Source of the DNA: Staphylococcus sp. CAG:324
Lineage (GTDB): Bacteria > Bacillota_I > Bacilli_A > ML615J-28 > CAG-313
DNA length: 64,000 nt
NCBI GenBank assembly: GCA_000433035.1
Contig: FR890815.1
Span: forward strand, 21,800-85,799
Reading direction: 5' to 3'
The notes beneath the pieces are model-generated. The model searched no databases. It was given only the letters and a program-made list of their open reading frames with translations, and had not been told where the DNA came from. The translations under genes and the position numbers were made by a program. Shown piece by piece: positions 9,876-20,196 of this stretch (the first letter of the stretch is position 1; every line of letters starts with the position of its first letter).

Positions 9876-11840
9876 TCATTCTTCAATTGATGTTGAATTA
9901 CCATTGTACCAATCATTTTTAGTATTTTTTAATAAAGCATCGATAATTACATCGGGTAATTTTTCGTTGGGAATTTTTTCAATATTTTGAATTGCAATGC
10001 CATATTTTTTAATAATTTGAGTTAGGTTATTCATATTTTGATTGTTCTTAATTGTTTTTAATTTCGTAATCTTATGGTAAGGGGTATTGTTAATAAACCC
10101 CGTTAAATGTGTATCTAAAGTTGGATTAGAAATCATAAAAATAGTGTTGATCAGATAAATTTTACGATCTTTATTATCTAAAAAGAAAGGTTTTTTGAAA
10201 AGAGTTTTAAAAAAATTTTGGATACTTTGATGGGCACTATTAAAATTTTTAAGAAAAATTAAACTCATGGGATATTTAATTAGGTGTTCAGATAAAATAC
10301 CCCCTTGTTCAAAGCCGACATATCCTTTGCTTGAACCAATTAAATTATTTAACATTGTTATATCGTGAAAATTTTCTAAATCAATTTCTAAATACATTTC
10401 ATTTTTAAATTTAAAGACTTTATTTAAATCGCTTATTAAATAATCGGGATTAAAATCATCTTCTACATATATGACACCCATATTATTTAATTTATAATTG
10501 AATTCATAGCGTTTGATAAATTTTAGATAATTGGTTTTTAATTCAGGATAATTGAGTGATAATAGTTTTAATTTTTTAAGAGATATTTTTTTTACACCAG
10601 TAGTATCTTCAATTACTTCATCAATCAATTTATCAATCGTTTTATGACTTGTTTTTTTTCTAGCTCCAACTTCATCTAAAATATCAATTGCCTTATCAGG
10701 AAAACTTTTATTAATGAGGAATAATTTTGCATTAGTTATAATTTTTTGTAAAGAATATGATGAATATTTGACTTGATGGTATTCCTCATAACTTTGTTTA
10801 ATACCTTCTAAAATTTCATAAGTTTCTGCTTCATTAGGTTCATCAATATAAACGTTTTGAAATCTTCTGGTAAGAGCTTTATCTTTTTCGATAAAACGAT
10901 AATATTCATCAAGTGTAGTAGAACCTATTAATTTAATATCAGAGCGAGATAAATAAGGCTTTAAGATATTGGCAATATCTAGTGATCCATCATTTGAACC
11001 AGCTCCTACAATATTATGAATTTCATCAATAAAGACAATAGCATGATGCTTTTTAATATATTCCATTGCTTTGGTAATTTTTTCTTCTAATTCACCACGA
11101 TATTTTGTACCTGATACAATACTACCAAGATCTAATTGATAAATAGTTTCATTCTTTAAAATTTCTGATAGTCCTTCAATAATAGCAGTTTTACCTACTC
11201 CTGCATTTCCAATAAGTAAAGGATTATTTTTTTGTTTTTTGGACAAAATATATATAATCTTTTCGATATAATTGCTACGTTTAATAAAAGGGTGAACTTT
11301 TTTGGTTTTTGAAAGATTGGTTAAAAAAGGATAGGGTGTAATTTCTAGATCTTCTTTTTCACTAGTTCCTTCAAAAAAGTTAAATATTTCTTCAATGTCA
11401 ATCATTAAGTCTTCAATGTCAAGACCTAGTTTTTCTAAAACAATTGAAGCAATACTATCTTCTTCTTTTAACATTACATAGAAAATGTGTTCATCATAAA
11501 CATATTTACTACCAAGATCTTTTGCAAGTGTTTCTGAATACAAGATGATTTCTTGAAATTTTTTGGTATATGTAAGACTTTGACTATCGCTTTTTCTAAA
11601 AATAACTAAATTGTGAATAACTCTTAAAATATCATCATAGGTAATTTGTTTTTCATCTAAGAGAAAATGGCAGATGGTATCTTTTTTCTTATACATGGCA
11701 AGTAACAAATGCTCACTACCAACTAGCTTTTTATTAAGACTTCTAGCTATTTGTAAGGCATCATCAATAATTTGAATGGCATTTGTACTAAAAGTTTCAA
11801 ACATGTACTCCTCCTTAAAACTTTTTTGTATTACATACAA
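9876..11840 (-). CDS. ClpC-like AAA+ protein with Clp_N repeats and an intact D1 ATPase, but an apparently degenerate D2
   Basis: Clp_N-like N-terminus. D1 Walker A GNAGVGKTAI and Walker B VFIDEIHN. The C-terminal region keeps the D2 tail (GYVGFEQGG) but no second P-loop is visible. Confidence 0.7.
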   Translation of the reverse strand: MYVIQKSFKEEYMFETFSTNAIQIIDDALQIARSLNKKLVGSEHLLLAMYKKKDTICHFLLDEKQITYDDILRVIHNLVIFRKSDSQSLTYTKKFQEIILYSETLAKDLGSKYVYDEHIFYVMLKEEDSIASIVLEKLGLDIEDLMIDIEEIFNFFEGTSEKEDLEITPYPFLTNLSKTKKVHPFIKRSNYIEKIIYILSKKQKNNPLLIGNAGVGKTAIIEGLSEILKNETIYQLDLGSIVSGTKYRGELEEKITKAMEYIKKHHAIVFIDEIHNIVGAGSNDGSLDIANILKPYLSRSDIKLIGSTTLDEYYRFIEKDKALTRRFQNVYIDEPNEAETYEILEGIKQSYEEYHQVKYSSYSLQKIITNAKLFLINKSFPDKAIDILDEVGARKKTSHKTIDKLIDEVIEDTTGVKKISLKKLKLLSLNYPELKTNYLKFIKRYEFNYKLNNMGVIYVEDDFNPDYLISDLNKVFKFKNEMYLEIDLENFHDITMLNNLIGSSKGYVGFEQGGILSEHLIKYPMSLIFLKNFNSAHQSIQNFFKTLFKKPFFLDNKDRKIYLINTIFMISNPTLDTHLTGFINNTPYHKITKLKTIKNNQNMNNLTQIIKKYGIAIQNIEKIPNEKLPDVIIDALLKNTKNDWYNGNSTSIEE

Positions 11841-11943
11841 GGTATTATATGCAAGTCTTTTAAAAGATAGACTCCTGTATTTAAACCTTGCAAAAAAACT
11901 AAAATTGTGTTACAATAATATCCAAAGAAAGAAAGGTGATTAG

Positions 11944-13227
11944 ATGGAAAATGAAATGATAAAGATAAAGACGATAATTGTTGGAGTAAATCATACAAAT
12001 GATGAAGAGTTCAATTATCAAATTCAAGAATTAGAAGCTTTATGTGAGGCTTGTGATTTAGATGTTGTTGCTTCTTTGGTACAAAATATGCCAACACTCA
12101 ATAATGCAACCTATTTAGGAAGTGGAAAACTAGAAGAACTCAAAAATGTAAAGGATTTATACCAAGCTTCTCTTGTTGTCTTTTTAGAAGAATTATCACC
12201 TGTTCAACTTAGAAATATTAAAGATGTAATCGATGTTGATGTGATGGATAGAACGATGCTTATTCTAGAAATCTTTAAAAAAAGAGCGAAGACAAAAGAA
12301 GCGATTTTACAAGTGGAAATTGCCAATTTAAAATATATGTTACCAAGACTAGCAGGCTCTTATACGAATCTTTCTAGACTTGGTGGTGGTGGTAGTGGTT
12401 CAGGTGGAGCAAGAAGAGGAAGTGGAGAAACAAAATTAGAAGAAGATCGCCGTCATATTGAAAGAAGAATTACAAAAGCTGAAAAAGAATTAGCAGAAAT
12501 TGTGGCTAGTAGGAAAAATGCAAGAAAAAAACGTTTGGCTAATGAAATGAAAACAGTTGCTTTTGTTGGTTATACGAATGCAGGCAAATCTTCTAGCATC
12601 AATACGTTAATCCATATGTTTCAAGGTGATAAAAAGAAGGAAGTTTTTGTCAAAAATATGTTATTTGCAACACTTGAAACTGCTACAAGAAGAATCAAAT
12701 TACCGACAAATGAAGAATTTATTATTACCGATACGGTTGGTTTTGTCAGTAATTTACCTCATCATTTAATCGAGTCTTTTAAATCAACTTTAGAAGAAGT
12801 AAAGGAAGCTTCTTTAATTGTACATGTTGTTGATGCTTCAAGTCCTTATGCCAATTTGCAAATTCAAACGACTAATCAAGTTTTAACAAGTTTAGGAGTA
12901 AAGGATATTCCTATGGTTTATTTACTCAATAAATATGATTTAGTAAAGAATGACATGTTTATGCCAACTATCATCGGTGATCAAATTCGAACTTCTAATT
13001 TAGATCAGCGTGGGTTTGATGAATTGATAGCTTATATTAAAGACAAACTTTTTGATGATGTGGTAAAAGTAAAACTATTGATTCCCTATGATAAGGGGGA
13101 AATTTTCAATCTTTTAAAAGAAAAGTCAAATGTGCATGCGTTTTCTTATCATGATGATGGTATTGTAGTAGATACCATTGTAAGTAAATATTTGTATAAT
13201 TTATATCATCAATATGAAATTCAGTAA
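11944..13227 (+). CDS. hflX: GTPase HflX
   Basis: HflX N-domain, glycine-rich GGGGSGSGGARRGSGETKLE linker, G1 GYTNAGKSS, G3 DTVGF, G4 NKYD. Confidence 0.9.
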   Translation: MENEMIKIKTIIVGVNHTNDEEFNYQIQELEALCEACDLDVVASLVQNMPTLNNATYLGSGKLEELKNVKDLYQASLVVFLEELSPVQLRNIKDVIDVDVMDRTMLILEIFKKRAKTKEAILQVEIANLKYMLPRLAGSYTNLSRLGGGGSGSGGARRGSGETKLEEDRRHIERRITKAEKELAEIVASRKNARKKRLANEMKTVAFVGYTNAGKSSSINTLIHMFQGDKKKEVFVKNMLFATLETATRRIKLPTNEEFIITDTVGFVSNLPHHLIESFKSTLEEVKEASLIVHVVDASSPYANLQIQTTNQVLTSLGVKDIPMVYLLNKYDLVKNDMFMPTIIGDQIRTSNLDQRGFDELIAYIKDKLFDDVVKVKLLIPYDKGEIFNLLKEKSNVHAFSYHDDGIVVDTIVSKYLYNLYHQYEIQ

Positions 13228-13363
13228 GAGTCTTATGAAAATAAGATTCTTATTTTTAATTGATTGATATTTTTTTTCCATTTTGCTTTAACAAAACAGA
13301 AGAAAGTGATATAATAAATTATAAAGTGGAGTATTATACATCAAGGTCGATGAGGTAAAAAAG

Positions 13364-16300
13364 ATGAAAAATAAAAATGAAAGAAAATATTATATTCAAT
13401 CTAGAAATCTTCATTTAATGAATATTTTAGAAGAAGATTACTACGTTGAAATTGGTGTCATTGACATGAAAATATTCAATCGAATTCTAAATGATGAAAA
13501 AATCGAATTGAGTGAATTCATTGATTTAGAACTTTTGAGTGATGGAATTGGTAAGATAACAGGTGATCCTATTGCCGATGTATATTATCAATTGAATTAT
13601 TTGATTAATTTAAGATTAAAAAATTCCACTTGTAAATTTTTGTTGACAGCAGGGATTATGAAATATATCGACGATTTGAAGTGTGAAAAATATGCACCAG
13701 TAGTATTAATTCCCTTTGATTTTGACTATCAACATTTAGAAATTATTAAAAATGGTGATCCAGTAATGAATTCTAAGTTGATAAAATATGCTTTGAATGA
13801 TTTAAAAGAAACTTTAAACAATGAAGATAAGCGTTTTTTAGAAAACTATCAAAATCATAAAATTTCAACTGCCAAAGATATCGATGATATTTGTTTAGAA
13901 CTAGCAAGGATAATGAAAACAACAGTGGAACCTATGAGTTATTTAACGATTGCTTTTGTCGAATATCCTGATTTTATTTTAGATAAAGAGTATATGTCCA
14001 TTCAATCATCTATGAATGAAATGACTGAACAGATGATTTTAAATAAATACTATCAGAATATTAAAGGAGTTTTGCCAACCAATACGAATCAAAAATATGT
14101 TATTTTAAAAGCAAGCGATGGAGAGAGATTTGCGGTAGACGGACGTCTAGGTAGTGGCAAAACGTATACTATTATTAATATCATTGCCGATCAAATTGCC
14201 AAAGGAAAAAAGATTCTCTACGTTAATCAAGATTTGGATAATATCTTTGATATTGAAAAAAATTTAACATATTTGGGATTAGGAAATTATACATATAACT
14301 TGACAAAAAACTTGCGGGATATTGAAAAACCAGAACTCATCTTTGATCAAGTTGATGCTAGTAATATTTCTTACAATATTGTCAATGAAATTTTCTTGTT
14401 ACCAAATGCATTGCAAAAAAGAATACATGGATTTAAAATTAACAATGTCTTTGAATATCTAGCCATAATGAAACAAAAATATCTAGATATTAGTCCTATT
14501 TTATTAGAAACTAAATTGGAATATCATGAAGCTGCATGCATTTATCATCAATTAGAAGAAATTGAAGACGCTTTAAAGGTAATTGATTTATATGCAAATA
14601 ATATATGGCATAGGCTTCAAACATCTCATAATAATATTATGGTTGAAGATATTATGAAAAGAACCGAAGAATTATTTCATATTCATCAAGAATTGTATTA
14701 TAAATTAAAAACTTTTATTGTAAAATATGATATTAAAATGCCCACTAGTGTTAGCGATTTATATAAATTGATTTTGCATATTTATAGTTTTGCTTCAATC
14801 AGACCTTTACCAAAGTGGAAAAAAGAAGAAGTTAGAAAAGTTGTACTCAAAGATTTAAGAGAAATCCAAGCTTTAGTAGATATGAATTATACTGTGAATA
14901 AATATTATGAAGCACATATTATGAAAGGCTATAAGGCAGGAAGAATGAAAGAAATCTTTGATATCATTGTGGCTGATCATATGGTAATAGAAGAAGATTA
15001 CAAAACCCAAGATGCCATTTTTGTGAATCGTTTAATTACTTTTGATAATAAGTTAATTTTGCTTTCTAAAGAGATTGCCGATAATATTTTAAGAATGAAT
15101 AATGTTAGTTTAGAACTATCAAGAATTTTTAATTTTAGTGTTTTAAATGAACAAACTTATTTATTTTTTAATAGTTTAAGTAACTTTTTATCTACAATAA
15201 AGTTTAATAGTTTAATTTTTGAAACTTATCGAACACTTCCTGCTATTTTTACTAAACATGGTGAAGAAATTTTAAAAAATTATGAAATATATCAAACAGA
15301 AAAAAATTTTCTTCCTAAATATATAAACCAAATGGAATTTTTAACTAAAGATAGTATTGAATTTGCTTTTCAGCGGAAAAATGTGGAAAAAGCTTTTCAT
15401 CTTTTTATTAATCGTAAAGCTGTTAAGAAGGATCACTTAGAATTAAAAGATATAATAGGTAGAATCAAAAGATATAATGATGCAATGCAGGCAATTGAGT
15501 TGAAACTAAATGAAGTCTTCAATGTGAAAGATTTTGATGAAGAATTTATCAACACTTTTATCCATTTTTATCAATATAGTGTTAGTCTCAACATTGTACA
15601 AAAAACATATTTTCAGATATTTTTAGAAAAACTATCAAAAGAAAAAAATCCTACGAATTATGTAAAGAAAGTGAATCATCTCTTAAAAGATTTTAAAGAT
15701 GAAGGGTACCGAACTACAAGTATTTGTACAACACTTCGAAACTATCATATTCATATTATCGATGGTAATATTTTTGATAAAGTTGAAAAATTGAAAATTT
15801 GGAATGAATATCTAAAAGAAGTAGATGCTTTAAAAGATGAAATAAAAGTAATTTTTAATGGTATTGCTAGCGTAACTTATGATGATATGGTAAGTTTGAT
15901 AAAAATTGATAATCAATATCAAAATTTATTGACAACTTTAAATCAGAATGCGGAACGTTATAAAGAAAATTTAGGTAAATATTATAAAGGATTAGATACG
16001 ATTATCAATGAAATTGGTAGAACAATTGAGCACTATGATGAATTTATCAAAATGCTTAATCATAAAACAATTTTAGATGATATTTTCAAAGAAGAGCAAT
16101 TCAATTCTTTATTAGATGATACTAAAGTGTTAGATGCACTTTATTCAAAATGGAATAGTAGTTTTAGACAGTTTGCGGTATGTTTCAAAGGAAGTCAACC
16201 AGAATTGCTTACGAATAGTTTTGAAACGAATTATAAATTATTTAAACAATTTATGGATAAGACCTCTCAAATTCAACCAATTTTAAAAATCAATGAAATA

Positions 16301-17641
16301 ACAGAAGAATTTTTAAAATATGGTTTGAAAAATTTATCAGAAGGAATTAGAAGTTGCAAATATGGAAAAAACATTTCAAAACAATTTATATATTCTGTTT
16401 TAGTTGAAAATTACAAAGAAGCGATTTCCAATTATCCTGTTTTGAATCAACCTTATCTAGAACTAGAGAAAATTAGTCAATATCAAACATTTGAAGCCGC
16501 ATATTGTCAAAACAATATTAAAGAACTCATTAAAAATAGCAATGAGTTTAGAAAAAATAATGGATATTACCATAATATTGAATTCAATAATTATAATAAA
16601 TTAATTCAAATGATGACCAAAACCGTTCAAGTTTTCTTTAGTGATTTGGATATTTTTAATGGTGATTTAGATTTAGATCCTTTTGATTTGGTTATTATTG
16701 ATGATGTTCATTTATCAACTTCTAATAAATATGGTCGTTTATCAGAATGTCGACAAGTGATTGTTTTTGGTGACCGTCTTTTTCAAACATCCGTTTCTAA
16801 TGCTTTAATGAAAAGACTTGGTGATATGTGCACAATATCTTACTATCGAAGATATGTTTTGGCTAATTCTAAATTTAATAATAATTGGGATTATACAAAT
16901 CAATATATATATTCATATGATAATCGGTATAATATTGTAATGAGTGATACATTTGATGATTTTATCAAAGATATTTTTAATCGATTTAAAGCACATCCCA
17001 AACACATTATGAACATTATTGTAGCCAAAGAACAAACAAGAAGAAAGGTGTATACGTCGGTTGTCAATATCTTAATGGGTAGTTTTTCTCCAGAAGAAAT
17101 CATCAATATCTTATGTTATAATATTAGAATTTTAAATGCTTTGACTGAAGGAAATCGCTATGTGAATGATGTTTTTATGTATTATGATGATTTTAAAGAT
17201 TTAGAAAATTCAGTAAAAGAATTGATTTTTAAAAATTTTATCACTGCTCATAATAGTGTAGTTTTATATTTTATGAAAAATAGAATTGAAGCTGAAAATT
17301 ATAATACGAAATTATCCATTCAGCGTTCAATTGGCAGAAGTATAAATAATTATGAAAAGAATAATGGCATTATTGAAATTGTAAAGAATGCAATTTTAAA
17401 AAGGGGAATAAAGGTTGAATATAGTTTTGGTGGATTTGATTTAGTTATTAGGAAAAAAAGTCCTCTTGGAATCATCATTATGGGTAAAGAAAATGAAAAT
17501 ATGAATACTTTTATTGATGATTATCAATATTATCATAATGAATATGAAAAACGGGGTTGGCAAGTAAAAGTGATTTATACGCTCGATTTATTTCTTTCAT
17601 TTGATAAAGTAATTCATGATATTGTGAAGGAAGATGAATAA
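13364..17641 (+). CDS. Giant (1425 aa) SF1/Upf1-like helicase-related protein with a C-terminal DUF559/Vsr-like REase-fold domain
   Basis: Intact Walker A GRLGSGKTYTI. Motif II-like DLVIIDDVH. Degenerate downstream helicase motifs (VIVFGDRLFQ). C-terminal GIIIMGKENEN...RGWQVKVIYTLD matches the DUF559/DUF3320 'GWxVxR' end domain. Resembles the DUF4011/AAA_11/AAA_12/DUF3320 family of giant uncharacterised proteins. Confidence 0.6.
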   Translation: MKNKNERKYYIQSRNLHLMNILEEDYYVEIGVIDMKIFNRILNDEKIELSEFIDLELLSDGIGKITGDPIADVYYQLNYLINLRLKNSTCKFLLTAGIMKYIDDLKCEKYAPVVLIPFDFDYQHLEIIKNGDPVMNSKLIKYALNDLKETLNNEDKRFLENYQNHKISTAKDIDDICLELARIMKTTVEPMSYLTIAFVEYPDFILDKEYMSIQSSMNEMTEQMILNKYYQNIKGVLPTNTNQKYVILKASDGERFAVDGRLGSGKTYTIINIIADQIAKGKKILYVNQDLDNIFDIEKNLTYLGLGNYTYNLTKNLRDIEKPELIFDQVDASNISYNIVNEIFLLPNALQKRIHGFKINNVFEYLAIMKQKYLDISPILLETKLEYHEAACIYHQLEEIEDALKVIDLYANNIWHRLQTSHNNIMVEDIMKRTEELFHIHQELYYKLKTFIVKYDIKMPTSVSDLYKLILHIYSFASIRPLPKWKKEEVRKVVLKDLREIQALVDMNYTVNKYYEAHIMKGYKAGRMKEIFDIIVADHMVIEEDYKTQDAIFVNRLITFDNKLILLSKEIADNILRMNNVSLELSRIFNFSVLNEQTYLFFNSLSNFLSTIKFNSLIFETYRTLPAIFTKHGEEILKNYEIYQTEKNFLPKYINQMEFLTKDSIEFAFQRKNVEKAFHLFINRKAVKKDHLELKDIIGRIKRYNDAMQAIELKLNEVFNVKDFDEEFINTFIHFYQYSVSLNIVQKTYFQIFLEKLSKEKNPTNYVKKVNHLLKDFKDEGYRTTSICTTLRNYHIHIIDGNIFDKVEKLKIWNEYLKEVDALKDEIKVIFNGIASVTYDDMVSLIKIDNQYQNLLTTLNQNAERYKENLGKYYKGLDTIINEIGRTIEHYDEFIKMLNHKTILDDIFKEEQFNSLLDDTKVLDALYSKWNSSFRQFAVCFKGSQPELLTNSFETNYKLFKQFMDKTSQIQPILKINEITEEFLKYGLKNLSEGIRSCKYGKNISKQFIYSVLVENYKEAISNYPVLNQPYLELEKISQYQTFEAAYCQNNIKELIKNSNEFRKNNGYYHNIEFNNYNKLIQMMTKTVQVFFSDLDIFNGDLDLDPFDLVIIDDVHLSTSNKYGRLSECRQVIVFGDRLFQTSVSNALMKRLGDMCTISYYRRYVLANSKFNNNWDYTNQYIYSYDNRYNIVMSDTFDDFIKDIFNRFKAHPKHIMNIIVAKEQTRRKVYTSVVNILMGSFSPEEIINILCYNIRILNALTEGNRYVNDVFMYYDDFKDLENSVKELIFKNFITAHNSVVLYFMKNRIEAENYNTKLSIQRSIGRSINNYEKNNGIIEIVKNAILKRGIKVEYSFGGFDLVIRKKSPLGIIIMGKENENMNTFIDDYQYYHNEYEKRGWQVKVIYTLDLFLSFDKVIHDIVKEDE

Positions 17642-18181
17642 ATGAAGGCAAAAGCAAATAAAAAGGAATTATCCATTATTATTAATGAAATGAAGAAACC
17701 TTCACCTAAAATAACCTATATCAAAAAAATATTAAAGCAATATCGAATAGCTGACATCAATTTGAATAGTAAATATTATCATGGTAAAACCTTACTTCAT
17801 TATGCTATCGAATATAATTTGAATTGTTTAATTCAACCTTTTATTCAAAGTGGTTGTAATCCCAACATTTGTGATGACAATTATCTTTCTCCGCTTCATC
17901 TTGCGGTAATCAAGAAAAATGCCAAAGCCATTAAAATTCTTATCAAAAATGGAGCCGATATTAACATAACTGGAGAATTTGAACAAACGCCACTCCATCT
18001 AGCAACTACTTATGGAAATTTGAAATTTATGAAATTGTTAATTCATAACAATGCTGATATTATGCAAGTTGATGAGAAAAATTTATCAGTTTTAGATTAC
18101 GCAAATGATGAAAAAGATTTAAAAATTATTGATTATTTGAATAAAAAAAGAAATACTCAAAAAGGAGAAGAGAAATGTTAG
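17642..18181 (+). CDS. Ankyrin-repeat protein (about 4 ANK repeats)
   Basis: ATG immediately follows the upstream TAA. Repeated GxTPLHxAxxxGxxxxxxxLLxxGAD pattern (GKTLLHYA, LSPLHLA, QTPLHLA). Confidence 0.8.
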   Translation: MKAKANKKELSIIINEMKKPSPKITYIKKILKQYRIADINLNSKYYHGKTLLHYAIEYNLNCLIQPFIQSGCNPNICDDNYLSPLHLAVIKKNAKAIKILIKNGADINITGEFEQTPLHLATTYGNLKFMKLLIHNNADIMQVDEKNLSVLDYANDEKDLKIIDYLNKKRNTQKGEEKC

Positions 18182-18960
18182 ATTTACTTAAAGAACATAT
18201 AGCATCTTTAAATTATGGATGGGTCAGTTTTGTTTTTGAAGTTTTAATTGTTATTTTTGCAATCATTGCAATTAGTATTATTTTGGTAAGACATGTTCGT
18301 TCAAAACATATTTTCATATCCTATCTTGTTACTCTTATATTACTATTGATTAGTATAATTGTAGGTACAACCATAGGTATTTATATTACTTTAATTGCTT
18401 TTATTTTATTGAGTTTTATGACAATTTTATATTACTTACCAGAATATAAAAAGTTATTTTCTAAAAAAATCGTAAGAAAACCATCAAAAGAGTTTTTATC
18501 AGATCAAGAAGTAAAAGAAGAACTAATTGAAACGTTAATTAAAGCAGCAGAACACCTCGCTAATAGAAAAATTGGTGCGATTATTACAATTGAAAAAGAA
18601 CATACGTTAAACACTTTAGTTGAAGGATCAGTAAAACTTGATGCTTTGGTTACTTTTGAATTATTGGAAACCATTTTTCATCCAAACACCGCTTTACATG
18701 ATGGGGCTGTCATTATTAGAGGAAACAGAATAAAATGTGCTAGTGCCTTTTATCAACCTAGTCAGAAGAAAGATATTCCTCAACATTATGGCTCAAGACA
18801 TCGTGCTGCTATTGGCATTAGTGAACAAAGTGATGCATTTACTATTGTTGTATCTGAAGAAACTGGTCATATTGCTACTACCATTGGGGGGACTATTACA
18901 GGAAATGTTTCATTAGAAAGTCTTAAAACCTCACTAGATCAACAATTAATTGTTAGATAG
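18175..18960 (+). CDS. cdaA: Diadenylate cyclase CdaA (c-di-AMP synthase), membrane-anchored
   Basis: Start overlaps the ankyrin stop (ATGTTAG). Three N-terminal TM helices. DisA_N/DAC motifs ALHDGAVIIRG and RHRAAIGISEQSDAFTIVVSEETG. Confidence 0.9.
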   Translation: MLDLLKEHIASLNYGWVSFVFEVLIVIFAIIAISIILVRHVRSKHIFISYLVTLILLLISIIVGTTIGIYITLIAFILLSFMTILYYLPEYKKLFSKKIVRKPSKEFLSDQEVKEELIETLIKAAEHLANRKIGAIITIEKEHTLNTLVEGSVKLDALVTFELLETIFHPNTALHDGAVIIRGNRIKCASAFYQPSQKKDIPQHYGSRHRAAIGISEQSDAFTIVVSEETGHIATTIGGTITGNVSLESLKTSLDQQLIVR

Positions 18961-18975
18961 AAAGGAAGGATATTT

Positions 18976-20196
18976 ATGAATATGCTAGCAATTTTTACTA
19001 ATTTTAGTTCAGGACAAATTGTAGCAATTATTTTGTTAACGGCTTTTATTTTAACAGTTTGGTTAGTAAAGTTTTTTTGCCTTAGTAGGATAAACATAAT
19101 TGATTTATCAATTACAATTGTGCTTTTCCTTCTTTGTTTGTTTGTTGATTTGAATGAAATTTTAATTATCATTTGTATTATAGTGAATAGTCTTGATTTG
19201 GTTTATGCTTTATTAGATTTGGCATTGTATGTGTATATGAAAAATGAAATTAGTCAAAAAACAATTGACTATATTAAAAATACGGAATATGATTTTTTTA
19301 TTCAAATGGATAAAAAAGAAAATATTCTAGATTGTAGCAATTCATTATTAAAACTAACTAAACTGTCTAAAAAAGAAGTTTTAAATATGAAAGGTTGGAA
19401 ATTTATTTTTGATAGTTTTGATATTAAAACACTGAATAAGGAAGAATTTTCTTTAAACTATGTAGCACAATTTTTAGCCGAATTTAAAGAATGCAATAGT
19501 AAACATAAAAAATATAAGTTTCAAATGGAAGCTGAACTACAAAATCCTAATAATCTTGATGAAATTAGTATCATTAAATATGATGCAATTATTCAACCTG
19601 TTTTTTGTGGTAAAATGTTGGTGGCAAGAAATATCTTTTTCTATCAAGATAAAGTAGCAGTAATTGAAAAATTAAAAGGAATTGTTAGATCGGCTTGTAC
19701 AGATTTAGAAGATGCTTATCTACAACTTGATGTAATGATGGGTTTATCAGAAGGAATTGTCATGTATTATGATTTTCAAAATAAGGTATATGTTGCAACC
19801 GAATGTATGAGACTATATACAAAAACAACAAAAAAAGAATATACTTTTGAAGAACTATTTTCTCATATTCATCCAGATGATGTACACGCATACATTGAAC
19901 AAGCGGAAACTGTGAATAGTATGTCAATTACTAAAATAAAATATCGCATGCAAATTGGCGATATTTATTATCAAGTTGAAGAAGATTCTATTTATATGCG
20001 AAAAGATTATGGTCTCATTTCTATTATTAGAATTGCGGAAAAAAGTGTCACGCAAAGTATGCCTCAAAATGCTAAAATTCAAAATGATTTAGAAATTTTG
20101 AACAATCTAGCAAAGAAAGACATTACTACGACGATTGATAAAACCGATGATATTTTAAATATTGTCTTAGGAGAGAAAAAAGATGAAGAAGATTAA
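18976..20196 (+). CDS. Membrane protein with two cytoplasmic PAS-like segments. Occupies the position usually held by cdaR.
   Basis: N-terminal TM helices. Two PAS-like stretches (around KKENILDCSNSLLKLTKLSKKEVLNMKGWKFIFD and GIVMYYDFQNKVYVATECMRLY). No YbbR-like sequence. Confidence 0.55.
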   Translation: MNMLAIFTNFSSGQIVAIILLTAFILTVWLVKFFCLSRINIIDLSITIVLFLLCLFVDLNEILIIICIIVNSLDLVYALLDLALYVYMKNEISQKTIDYIKNTEYDFFIQMDKKENILDCSNSLLKLTKLSKKEVLNMKGWKFIFDSFDIKTLNKEEFSLNYVAQFLAEFKECNSKHKKYKFQMEAELQNPNNLDEISIIKYDAIIQPVFCGKMLVARNIFFYQDKVAVIEKLKGIVRSACTDLEDAYLQLDVMMGLSEGIVMYYDFQNKVYVATECMRLYTKTTKKEYTFEELFSHIHPDDVHAYIEQAETVNSMSITKIKYRMQIGDIYYQVEEDSIYMRKDYGLISIIRIAEKSVTQSMPQNAKIQNDLEILNNLAKKDITTTIDKTDDILNIVLGEKKDEED

